Positions 1 to 11,340 of a stretch of DNA of 64,000 nucleotides are shown one piece after another (the stretch's first letter is position 1; each line of letters opens with the position of its first letter). A model generated the notes under the pieces. The model was given only the letters and a program-made list of their open reading frames with translations, was not told the DNA's origin and ran no database searches. The stretch lies in assembly GCF_006345805.1 (NCBI RefSeq), contig NC_042999.1:145266001-145330000 (forward strand), in the 5' to 3' direction. Source of the DNA: Octopus sinensis. Taxonomy: Eukaryota. Position numbers and translations under genes: made by a program.

Positions 1-223
1 ACTTAAGTACTATATTCATCTGAATCTAAATTTTGCAGAACTTATATATATATAACATATATATATATATATATATATATAAATACATATATGCTTATAT
101 ATATATTTATAAATATACATATATATATGTATATAATATATGTGTATATGTATTATATAATATATATACATACATAGATTATATAATATATATATTATTA
201 TATATATATATATATAGATATAT

Positions 224-277
<54 letters not shown>

Positions 278-330
278 TATATAATATATATAGACAAATG
301 TATAAATATATATATATGTATATATATATA

Positions 331-548
331 TAAACAACGTATAAACACGGGCAAAAGGAATTATTTCTATGCTAATATGCTGATAACAGACTTCTAAATC
401 GTCAATTTCCACATAGCTTTCCTCAATTTCAGCACAACGTATTTCTGTAGTGGGTATAATAATATGTGGAAAATGACGATTTAAAAGTCTGTTATCAGCA
501 TATTGGCATAGAAATAATTTTCTTTTGCCCTTGTTTATAAGTTGTTTA
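331..548. repeat. Inverted repeat with ~85-bp arms (331-415 and 463-548) and a ~47-bp spacer
   Basis: TATTTCTATGCTAATATGCTGATAACAGACTT.. is matched by ..AAGTCTGTTATCAGCATATTGGCATAGAAATA. Confidence 0.85.
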
Positions 549-637
549 TAATTTTAACCTTTAAAAGTATTTTAATATGCTGCCACTTTTTCTGATGAAA
601 TTTTTTCCTGTAAAAAAACTTCATCCTATATTAGTAG

Positions 638-669
<32 letters not shown>

Positions 670-733
670 TGTATGTATGTATGTATGTATGTATGTATGT
701 ATGTATGTATGTATGTATGTATGTATGTATGTA

Positions 734-764
<31 letters not shown>

Positions 765-792
765 ATGTATATATACATACATATATATACAT

Positions 793-1017
793 AATTTCAA
801 TAAAGGATTTATTAAAATATAAAATGGAAAATAGAAATGATGACAAAAATTTTACATCTCGAATGCCTTTATATATATACCGGATATAAAAAGAGATGAC
901 TTATCCTTATTTTAAAAATATTTTATCTCTTTTTATATCCGGTATATATTTTATGGCATATGTAAAATTTTAATCTTTATTTCTATTTTTACATTTTATA
1001 AATCCTTTATTGAAATT
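793..1017. repeat. Imperfect inverted repeat with ~100-bp arms
   Basis: AATTTCAATAAAGGATTTAT..TATACCGGATATAAAAAGAGAT is matched by ATCTCTTTTTATATCCGGTATA..ATAAATCCTTTATTGAAATT. Confidence 0.8.
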
Positions 1018-1199
1018 TTATACAAATATTTTATTTATTCTTGTATCATATTTATTATTGTATTTTGTATATCAATATACCCTCATATATACTGGTGCAA
1101 TTTCTATAGACTGTGAAGGAGTTTGTAACTTCTCTCTATAGTAATCAATGTATGATATAATACAATATGATATTCATATTCTTTATTTATATCTATATT

Positions 1200-2330
1200 T
1201 TAGAACTGCATTATATATTTAAGCTTTACTCTATCGTACTGTCGCTGCATGTTTCTCGTTCAGAGATTTAGAACTAATAATTTCTTTATTCATATAATAT
1301 ATATATGATATTTTATGTATATATGTAGTATTTTTATACCATCTTATATCCTTTCAGACTTTTTCATGCTTTTGATAAGGCTTTTAAATACGTTTACCTG
1401 TTATAGAAATATTTATCTTATTTTTTTAGCCCATAATCTTTGGTTTTGATTCTATAGAAAATGTGTAGCCCTATTTGGATGATATTTGAATTTAATTATA
1501 GGTTCATTGTTGAATAGTTTTACCATGACCACCTTAGCATTATGCTAGGAAGAAGCAATGTGAGGTTTCTATTTTACATAATGTCCCCCACTTTTATCGC
1601 TTAGATTGCTTTATCTGTCTTTCATCTCTTACATAGTCCTTAAATCCTTTTCTAAATTTTAATATTTTAATATATAACATTTGCTAAGCTTTGATGCACA
1701 TTTTTTCCCGTACTCTTAATTCCCACACTTAGATCTCACTGTAACCTCCTTTGTTTCCCATTTTAGGTCTCTTTTAGTTGATAATCATATGTTAAGTCAC
1801 TCTGCTCTTCTTTCTGGTTATCTCCTTTTCTCTATATATCATTATCTTGCTAGCATCTTCTTAGACATATTATTTTATGTAGATGTGGCCGATTTTATGG
1901 TCACATTAAAATAAGTGTAGGGCAGAGTATCTGACATTAATTTATTTATCACCACCAACAAGAACTTAACTGTTAATTCCCAATGGTTTAATTCTGAGAT
2001 GTAGACTACTTCCTGCACTGGGTCTTTTGAATGTGATAAGGATAAAGATGAATGTAGCTATATCATCATTCCTCTTTCTTGACCCACATCGTTTTCTTCT
2101 GTCACTCTATATTATAGTAGGCTTTAGATATTTCTTCCTTAAATTTCATTCTGCTACAATAATATCAAAAAGAAGCAATGTAATTATTTTAGAATCTAAT
2201 ACTGGTGAAAAATTTGCTAAAATTATAATGGATTATCCTATATGTTGGAAATCTATATGGTCGTATGCTCTGAGGGGAGCGGTTTATTTCAAATTGATGT
2301 AATGTGTGCATTGATTGATTGAATGGAGCC
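1200..2330 (-). pseudogene. Heavily decayed RT relic, probably PLE
   Basis: Minus-strand fragments YNFSKFFTSI and YIASFDI resemble RT motifs 2/A; there are many stops. Bases 1221-1290 recur inverted at 2418-2488. Confidence 0.4.
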
Positions 2331-2494
2331 GCTTGAAACGGCCGTAACGCATTGATACATAGATATTCTTGTTACTTATCTGCTGTATATATGTATATAT
2401 ATATATATATATATATTAATAAAGAAATTATTAGTTCTAAATCTCTGAACGAGAAACATGCAATAACAGGTACGATAGAGTAAAGCTTATTTGC

Positions 2495-3415
2495 CAACGT
2501 AAAGTGGCACTCCTGGTTAGGACCAATGTTGTTATTTATAAATATATCTATATACATATACAAAATATTAGAAATATTGCACATATGTAACGGGAGTTGG
2601 ACATGCATTTTAATGCAGAAAAATTCAAGCCCTGCACTATCAGGATACAAAACTGAAGGACATGCAGACAGGATACACTGGCCCGGGAGTAATTGCAATA
2701 CCTGAATCAAAATCAATGCGTGACCTGGGCATTGAAATGAGCAATGATACATCTTTCCAAGTGCATATTACCAATTTGGCAATAAAATTGCAGACTGTTC
2801 GCCGCACGGAACCTACAAATTTTGGCGGGCATACGTCCTCAGCTGCCTGGACTACTGCTCCCAACTATGGTCGCCACACAATATAAAATTTACGGCAGAA
2901 CTCAAGGCAATCCAACGAAGCTACACGAAGAAAACCGTCTCAATGGAACGTATCAGCTACTGGGAAAGACTGAAAGAATTAAAATTCTCCCTTGGACGAA
3001 GGCGGGAAAGATATGCAACGATATACAGGTGGAAAATCTTGAAAGGCCTTGTACTAAACTTCGGCATTGACAATTACACAAACAGCAGATCGGGGTGCCA
3101 CTGCATAGTGCCAAAGATCCTAGCATCTCCATCAAAATACAGGACCAGATATTGCAACAGCTTGAGTTTTAAGGGCGCACAGCTCTTCAATATCTTTCCA
3201 AAATGCCTGAGAGATCTGCATGGTGTGGATGTAGGTGTCTTCAAACCAAAACTGGATCTCCTTCTGTTCAGGGTTCCATATGAGCGAATCTCACGGCAAG
3301 TTACACATATGAGGGAAGCAGCATAAAACTCGCTCATTCACCAAATGCCACATATCAGAGGAGGTTTCAAATAATGGTGTAGCACAGCTTCGAAGCTGAA
3401 GCAATTAAAAGATTA
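2495..3415 (+). mobile_element. 5'-truncated CR1/L2-group LINE (RT C-terminus and 3' UTR)
   Basis: Translates to ..SMRDLGIEMSNDTSFQVHI.. and YWERLKELKFSLGRRRERYATIYRWKILKG..SLSFKGAQLFNIFP. Confidence 0.8.
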
Positions 3416-3478
3416 AAGTTTGAAAGATTATTATATATGTATATATGTATATATATATATATATTATATATATATTTG

Positions 3479-3536
<58 letters not shown>

Positions 3537-3538
<2 letters not shown>

Positions 3539-4516
3539 AACGGGCTCTTACAGTCGGCTTTTCGATGCCCCCATTGGCGGCGTTACACTTATCTGGCCTT
3601 TAAATAGCGTTTATAAATAAGACCGGCACCCATAGCCCTTGGTAACAAATTCTGAAATAGATTTTAAGATATCTACAATTAACCACTGCAAGGGAAATTA
3701 CTCCTGTAAGACAAACGGGTTGTTTTTTCACAGCGGGGGGTTTCCTTGTCAAGGTAGGCTTAGATGAACACACACACACACACACATAAAACATAAAATA
3801 TATATATATAATTTCTTTATTTTTTTTCTTTCTGCCACCCAACGGTTATCACGGCAGTAGCCACTGACAGCCGAACGATAAACGCACACACGTACACAAA
3901 AAATGTTTTCTACCCCTACGCCAACACACACTATATAGAACAGTATACACACACACACACGTCTCTAAGTAGATTTTTTCTCGCCCCTTATAAAACATCC
4001 AATATTCTTTAAATAGTCAGAACTTTATTCTCGGTCACAAAGAACATCTATACACCCTCACCCACATGTTTGACCGATGCCTGACCTGTTGAATTCTTCA
4101 GCCACCGGTTCTCAACATACACTGATAAACAGTTTCGCCATGGGCTCTTAGGAGCATAGTTCGATTTGGTTTTTGCTCCGCTCTCTTTCTGTTTTTGTTT
4201 TTCCCACGGATTTCCTTTTTTCTTCCTGAAGAGAAAGACACAATATGGTCCCATTATTCAATCGGATTTTGGTAATTTGTGCCTTTCGAAACACGTGTAG
4301 AATGAAATAAAACGATTTCTGTTCAATCTGCGTTCAGCTCCATTTCTTCAATTCACCAATAATGTTTTAATTTCAATTATCCGCACCAACGCACGGTTGC
4401 AACGCCAGATGGTTGTACCTCCAACCGTGCTGTTCACTGCTGTGATTTTTGCTACTAAGGTATCGGTTAAACTTTTGATTAATCTACTACAAGATTATTC
4501 ATCTTTCTATTCACAT
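3537..4516 (+). repeat. 5' pseudo-LTR of the PLE
   Basis: Near-identical to 7179-8150. Differences are mostly single-base indels in homopolymer or (CA)n runs. Confidence 0.92.
4218..4307 (+). ncRNA. Type I hammerhead ribozyme in the 5' pLTR
   Basis: Core CTGAAGA at 4226-4232. Stem II GAAAG-A-CACAA / TTGTG-C-CTTTC, then GAAA at 4288-4291. Stem III AC-[ACGT]-GT. Cleavage triplet GUA ends at 4299. Stem I TTTCTTC / GAA(T)GAAA. Confidence 0.85.
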
Positions 4517-4564
4517 AATACATACCGCTTCGTCAAGAAACTGCTACTTTAACCGACGCCAATA

Positions 4565-7249
4565 ATGGAGTTGTTCGAGATTGATGCGTCCCTTAAGGAT
4601 ATTCCTATACCACCAAAGGATGCCTTCCTTAAGGATTGGTTTGTAAAACCAACGCATTCATAAACCGGATAAGATGGCTCATTTTCTTCCACGAGAACGA
4701 AGATCTAAAATCGAACCGGACAACTGCATCGTCCGAATACGGCCGGCTTTTTAAAACATTGGATACGCCGCCACCGAACCCAAGACTGAAGAAGTTTGAG
4801 GACGACTTGTGGGACATAGTTAGAAAGATTAAGTTCAGGAAGTCACCCAGGAGAAATGCCCACCTCAGATACCTAGATAAAATTACCAAGGACATTAATA
4901 GAACGGACGGAGTCCTGGTCCAGTCCGACAAGACCAGGAACACATACAAGATGCCCATTAAGCAGTACCTAGATTTACTCGGTAAAGAGATCAAGAAAAA
5001 TTATAGAAAAACCAATTGGAGTACCCTGAGGAAGGTAAACTTGGAAATTAAGGATATAATATTTAAACACCGAATTCAAATGAGAACTCAGCCGCTTAGC
5101 CCCAAGCAACCCAGATTTATAGTGAAGGACCATAAACCTAACTTCCACACCAACCCAGCGCTAAGACTCATATGCCCTGCTAGATCTGATATCGGGATAA
5201 TCAGTAAGTACATTTTAGATAAATATATCCCTAGTTTAGTAAACAAGCTGAAGCTCAGCCTCTGGGCCAACTCCTCGCAGGTAGTGAAGTGGTTCTCTTC
5301 CATCCCCAATAAGAACCGTACTAGGTTCATTCAGTTTGATATCGCCAGCTTCTACCCCTCGATTAACCCTAGTGTGCTAAATAAGGCCCTCTGGCATGCT
5401 CACAACAAGGCAGGCCTCACCAGAGAAGAGATAGATATCATTTTAGTTGCCAGGAAATCGTTTATTAAGTTTGATAATAAGCTGTGGATCCGTAAGGATA
5501 CTCCCAATGAATTTGATGTGCCTATGGGTAGTTCGGATAGTGCGCAGATAGCCGATTTGGTCGGAATATATTTCTCTACGAATTGTCCGATCAATTCCCG
5601 GAAATCGCGGGCGGCCTGTATCGTGACGATTGTCTGTTTTACCTGCAAAACACCACGAACAGAATAGTGCAGAAAACTAAGAGCAGGTTAGCTAGGTTTT
5701 TTAATAGAATGGGCATGAGTATAGTTTTTGATAACGAACTCACCAAGGCTAATTTCCTAGACGTTACACTTAACCTTAATAGCGACTCATACTGCCCTTA
5801 CCATAAGCCTTCCACTAATTTGAAGTATGTCAGTGTCTTCTCAAATCATGCCAAAACCGTAACAGACAATTTGGTTAAAAAACATCTCTCTAAGATTGTC
5901 TGGCCTGTCCGCCAGTGCCGATATTTTTATGCAGAAAGCGGATTTTTATAACGCCGCACTATCCAAGGCCGGTTATAGGCAGAAGGTAATTTATATTGAT
6001 CCGGCCCTTCCGATGCCATCATTCGGTCATCAGGATAGGGCCGTATATAATAACATTAACATTTTAAGTAAGGACGGGAGCGCGGCGGATACCGGGGTAG
6101 TCGCTCCCGCATTTAATTTAGCGAACAAGGATAATTATCGGTCCGGGAGGTCTTACACTAACCCAAGACCCGTTATTCATCCGAGAATCACCCACCAAAT
6201 GCGAGAGCTGGCGTCCCGACCCATCACACTGATAGGAATAAGCATATATGGTTTGTAATCCCCTTTGGTAAGCAGATAGAACTAACCTCCCCCTCATGTT
6301 TAGACAAGCCATCGCCATATAACTTCCCCCAAATTCCAAATATTACTCCACGGTTAACTCACATAAAGTTAGGATAGCTTTCTCCAACACTAAAAACCTC
6401 GCCCAGATAATCGCCTCCCATAATAATAGGCTACTTACTAAGACCCTATCACCTTTTTCCGGAGGCACAGCCTCTTCCGCTCCCGGTTTAATGCTCAGTA
6501 GGAATAATTATAGTAGTAATAATGATATGAGAGCCAGTACAGTGACACATAATCTCAGCTCCAGCCAGGGAGTACCCACTAGGGGTATAGTTATAAATAG
6601 GGGTGTTGTGGTTGATGGTAACAATGGGAGTAGGGTAGAGAGCCCCTTTAGCATCCCCAGCATCATTTCCCGCAATAGCAGTACCACGGGCAGTAGCAAT
6701 GACAGCACTCTGATAGATAGTGGAGAATCAGGGGTTATTCCTATAGTTAATAGTGACGTAGTGGAAAATAGAGTAGTAAGCGGCTGCAGGTCTCGGAACG
6801 AATATAGTGACAGGAACGCAGTTCTAATTTCAGAAACCAATCCTAGCAGAGTAAGATTCACGTCGGCGAACTCCAAGATCAAAAACGCCGTCTACCAATG
6901 CAAGGTTTACACGGACTCAGATGCCTTCACTTATATAGGGGCATCATCCTCAAGATTGTCTTTGCGTGTCTCCAACCATTACGCAACTTTTCGGGACGTG
7001 AACAAGCGCCAGACCACGGGACTCAGTAAGCTAATATGGCGACTGAAGGATGCGAACTTAAGCTATAGGCTGGAATGGTCAATTTTGTCGGTGGCCCTCC
7101 CATTTGATAGGGGCAGAAGACAGTGCAACCTTTGTGTCTCCGAACTCTTCCATATTTTGTTTGCCAGAGGCCGGATGGTAAACGGGCTCTTACAGTCGGC
7201 TTTTCGATGCCCCCATTGGCGGCGTTACACTTATCTGGCCTTTAAATAG
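4565..7249 (+). pseudogene. PLE polyprotein (RT, linker, GIY-YIG endonuclease) broken by several frameshifts
   Basis: ATG at 4565 gives MELFEIDASLKDIPIPPKD. RT motifs: FIQFDIASFYPSI, FDVPMGSSDSAQIADLVGIY, GLYRDD, NFLDVTLNL. Endonuclease motifs: NAVYQ..TYIG, RVSNH, CNLCVSE, RCPH, then TAG at 7247-7249. It covers the track ORFs 4636-5667, 5583-5951, 5896-6258 and 6491-7249. Confidence 0.9.
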
Positions 7250-8150
7250 CGTTTATAAATAAGACCGGCACCCATAGCCCTTGGTAACAAATTCTGAAAT
7301 AGATTTTAAGATATCTACAATTAACCACTGCAAGGAAATTACTCCTGTAAGACAAACGGGGCTTGTTTTTTCACAGCGGGGGGTTTCCTTGTCAAGGCAG
7401 GCTTAGATGAACACACACACACACATAAACTAAAATATATATATATAATTTTTTATTTTTTTTTTTTCTTTCTCTGCCACCAACGGTATCACGGCAGTAG
7501 CCACTGACAGCCGAACGATCAAACGCACACACGTACACAAAAAATGTTTTCTACCCCTACGCCAACACACACAATATAGAACAGTATACACACACACACG
7601 TCTCTAAGTAGATTTTTTCTCGCCCCTTATAAAACATCCAATATTCTTTAAATAGTCAGAACTTTATTCTCGGTCACAAAGAACATCTATACACCCTCAC
7701 CCACATGTTTGACCGATGCTGACCTGTTGAATTCTTCAGCCCCGTTCTCAACATACACTGATAAACAGTTTCGCCATGGGCTCTTAGGAGCATAGTTCGA
7801 TTTGTTTTTGCTCCGCCTCTGTTCTTTTTGTTTTTTCCAACGGATTTCCTTTTTTCTTCCTGAAGAGAAAGACACAATATGGTCCCATTATTCAATCGGA
7901 TTTTGGTAATTGTGCCTTTCGAAACACGTGTAGAATGAAATAAAACGATTTCTGTTCAATCTGCGTTCAGCTCCATTTCTTCAATTCACCAATAATGTTT
8001 TAATTTCAATTATCCGCACCAACGCACGGTTGCAACGCCAGATGGTTGTACCTCCAACCGTGCTGTTCACTGCTGTGATTTTTGCTACTAAGGTATCGGT
8101 TAAACTTTTGATTAATCTACTACAAGATTATTCATCTTTCTATTTCACAT
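7179..8150 (+). repeat. 3' pseudo-LTR of the PLE (overlaps the last codons of the ORF)
   Basis: Starts TAAACGGGCTCTTACAG and ends TCACAT, like the 5' copy. Confidence 0.92.
7852..7940 (+). ncRNA. Type I hammerhead ribozyme in the 3' pLTR
   Basis: CTGAAGA at 7860-7866 and GAAACACGTGTA at 7921-7932, with the same stems as the 5' copy. Confidence 0.85.
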
Positions 8151-8185
<35 letters not shown>

Positions 8186-8272
8186 TATATATACATGCTA
8201 ATATAATAGCTAATATATAACATATCATACATGCATATATATATATATATATATATTTACATACATACATTC

Positions 8273-8310
<38 letters not shown>

Positions 8311-8538
8311 GTATATTATAATATATAATATATATATATATATAATACATATATATACATACATACATGCATAATATATACATAATATATATATATATCT
8401 ATTTATATATATATATATATACATACATACATGCCATTATATATATATATAATATATATACATATATACATATATATACATACATACATGCATATATATA
8501 TATACATATAAATATATATATATATAGATATATATTAT

Positions 8539-8570
<32 letters not shown>

Positions 8571-8578
8571 ATAATATA

Positions 8579-9397
8579 CACGGTCTGGTGAATAAATTGC
8601 CGTCTAAATATGCAAGAATGAAAATATCACTGACAAATCATTTTAAGAGAAATATTTATAAAATTGCATAAACGATATCTTGAAATACTAAAGATTAAAT
8701 TTATTCAATAAAATCGCCATTGGCTTCAACCACGGCCTCCAGTCGACTTCGGAATTTCCTGCAACTCTTCTGGACGGTCTCCTTGTTTGAGTTGGTGAAT
8801 GTTGCCATACTCCTTGCCTTCAGTTCATCTTTGGTATTATAAGGAGTTTTGTTGGTCTCTCGCTCAATACTGGGAGTTAGATGGCCAGATTTTAGGGTTG
8901 ATGTGGTCGCTGAAATTGTTTGACAGCTATAAGTGGGTTCTCCTGCTTGCGTGACATTGTGCAGAGACCTGTTGCCAGACATAGGGTCTTCTAGCAGCCA
9001 CCCTCTTGACCTAGGGCAACACTGCCTCCTTCAGGCACTCGATGTAGGCCTCCGTGTTAAGTCTGAGGCCGTATGGGAAAATGAAAGAAGGCATAACGTC
9101 GCTATTACTAGTGCCCACTCAACAAACTATTATGTTGACTGGTTTAATTTTTATCACACTCAGTACTTGTACTCTCCTCAGACAATCTGAAATATTTGTA
9201 TTGGAGCTTTGGCGCGAATGCCAAGCAGTACAGCATGTCGTTTCTAAATTTCTGGCAGAGTGAATTGCATCACGGTGCTGTTTTTCTCACAGACAGTGTC
9301 CAACTGACACTACTATACTGGGTAGTCGACAAAATCAAAAGTAAACAATGCGCATGTGCGAAATTAAAATACAAAAATGGTGACAATTTACCCATCG
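8579..9397 (-). mobile_element. Internally deleted Tc1/mariner DNA transposon relic
   Basis: Minus ORF ERETNKTPYNTKDELKAR..RSRLEAVVEANGDFIE is a transposase C-terminus. The ends are degenerate TIRs next to TA. The same right end recurs at ~32240-32340. Confidence 0.8.
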
Positions 9398-9412
9398 TTT
9401 ATATATATATGT

Positions 9413-9443
<31 letters not shown>

Positions 9444-9992
9444 GGCAGGCAGAGAGACAGACAAACAGACACACACACACACATAGAATAGAAATATTTT
9501 AGTAGGAGAACACATGTGGTTGGATATATACAGAAAAAAGAAAGATGAAAAAGCACAGAAGATTTGTTTTACAGGATTAAGGAGTATATTAGAGTCATAA
9601 TAATAAAGATATATACAAACTAAGATTTTGTTCTTTCGACATAATTAAAATAAGAACCAGTTTCGCATTGCTCACCAAGCTAAGGGTTGAAAAATAGACA
9701 TATTGCTAGGGGGAAGACATATTACAGGGGGAGTTAATTGTTCACTCTTTTATTTTACAGTAAAGGGAAGGTAAATCTGTAATTTTAATTTTTGTTCTGT
9801 ATTTCATTCTGGCTTATATCTTACAATAGAAGGGGTAAGTCTTTTATTTTTAAAATGGCTTCATGTTTAATTCTGGTTTATATTTTTGGAGTCTTTATTC
9901 AGTCTTACTTGTGTTGACAAAATTGTATAATATCTTTATTATTATGACTCTAATATACTCCTTAATTCCATATATAAATATACATATATATA

Positions 9993-10180
9993 CTTTATTT
10001 AAAGCAGGAGAAAATTCAACAAAACCTGTTACTCTGAGTTTCCCGTTGCCGTTCATCGGACAGTTTTTGCTAGAATGGAACCGATATATCGGTTCCATTC
10101 TAGCAAAAACTGTCCGATGAACGGCACCGGGAAACTCAGAGTAACAGGTTTTGTTGAATTTTCTGCTGCTTTAAATAAAG
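9993..10180. repeat. 188-bp spacerless palindrome (94-bp arms, 2 mismatches) with an HHR-like motif on each strand
   Basis: Centre CCGATA|TATCGG at 10086/10087. The plus strand reads CTGT-CCGATGA-ACGGCACCGG-GAAA-CTCAGAG-TA-ACAG at 10110-10147, and the mirror copy lies on the minus strand. Confidence 0.9.
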
Positions 10181-10351
10181 CATATTACTCTACCACTGGT
10201 ATTTGAGTAACTTTTTTCCAACCTTGTTTCACATTTATGTGTTTACTCCGGTATATTATATATATATATAATATATAATATATATATATATATAATATAT
10301 ATATTATATATATATATAATATATATAGACGCCATGATAGATCGTTAGCCA

Positions 10352-10513
10352 CTACAACATTTTTCTCTCCTTGTTTTCTGTGTCCCTTTCTGTTGAAGAG
10401 CGTAGGCTCGAAACGTAAATGACTTTTCTATTCGTGAGCGTTATACTAATACATCTGTTTTGTTTTGTACACCACCTGTCTTCGTCTTTTGTTTTTTTTC
10501 CGTAAACTCTTCC
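10352..10513 (+). mobile_element. Short PLE pLTR fragment carrying a minimal HHR variant (10385-10422)
   Basis: CTTT-CTGTTGA-A-GAG-CGTAGG-CTC-GAAA-CG-TA. The same family occurs at 17690-17765, 29291-29470 (-) and 63695-63740. Confidence 0.7.
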
Positions 10514-10531
10514 TATATATATATATACATT

Positions 10532-10571
<40 letters not shown>

Positions 10572-10574
10572 TAA

Positions 10575-11340
10575 ATAGATGAGTGTATTTTTATCTTGTT
10601 AACAATTAACACGGAAAAAAAATAGTTACCAGGGCAGCAAAAATCTCACAAGTAAAGGTGTTGTAACTCCTTGTTTATAGAGGTAGAAACTTCGTGTTTA
10701 CGTTGAATATTTTGAATAATATATGAATAAATAAATGGAGTTTAACGCAGGTGTAATCAAATATTTTTACTTTCGACACATGTTTCGAAAATTCCACTGA
10801 TACTATTCAAAAGAATAAAAGGTATAAACAATGCAATTCTCCTCAGGAAAGTGAAAAAAACGAAACTCGTCAATAAGACATTTTAGCAAAAAATGATGGA
10901 TTTGTTATAGCGATTGACAGAACGCTATTAATATTGTTAAAAAAAACTTTATATGATAACGTCATAAGTAGCTAACAGAAAGAGTAGGGATATTAATAGT
11001 GAATGTTAAATAAAAGGAAATTAAAGTTTAAATTATATATAATGATAGAGACTACTTATATGCACTAAATGTGTTTTTGCCAATGCTTACATCTGTATGC
11101 TCGCTCTATAACCGTGTTTACTAGAGTATTTTTAGAAAAAATAATGAAAATAGCTCAGAATTGCAAAGAAGACAGAATTTCTTGCCTTTGTCATGTGGTA
11201 TCGAAATTGAGAGAAGCAACCATTCTAAATCAATTAACTATTATCAATTCACATAAGGTTAGGATAGGTTTTTCAAACACAAAAAATCTCTTGCAAATTA
11301 TCTCTTCTCATAATAACAAACTGTTAAATATTAATACATT
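10575..11340. mobile_element. Rearranged PLE: a minus-strand pLTR (about 11135 to 10575) joined to an inverted plus-strand linker fragment
   Basis: The minus strand encodes ..RAYRCKHWQKHI* (endonuclease end, compare AFRCPHWRRY). The plus strand encodes INSHKVRIGFSNTKNLLQIISSHNNKLL, matching VNSHKVRIAFSNTKNLAQIIASHNNRLL in the main PLE. Confidence 0.75.
10769..10852 (-). ncRNA. Type I hammerhead ribozyme with an intact core and long stem II
   Basis: The minus strand reads ACTTTC-CTGAGGA-GAATTGCATTG..CAGTGGAATTTTC-GAAA-CATGTG-TC-GAAAGT, giving a 6-bp stem I and a GUC triplet. Confidence 0.8.

Larger units (their letters stand above)
3537..8150 (+). mobile_element. Near full-length Penelope-like retroelement (RT plus C-terminal GIY-YIG endonuclease) with tandem direct pseudo-LTRs, inserted in (TA)n
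   Basis: The direct repeats 3537-4516 and 7179-8150 flank one frameshifted ORF. The repeat starts inside the ORF 3' end, as PLE pLTRs do. (TA)n lies on both flanks. Confidence 0.93.

Noticed and set aside
16-412. ORFs rich in Y/I/V/C/H/T here and throughout the track
   Set aside because: They are translations of (TA)n, (TATG)n and (CA)n microsatellites.
4105-4160. Antisense hammerhead in the pLTR (GCC-CAT-GGC-GAAA-CTG..CAG-T)
   Set aside because: The core reads CCTAAGA, N17 is G, and there is no stem I.
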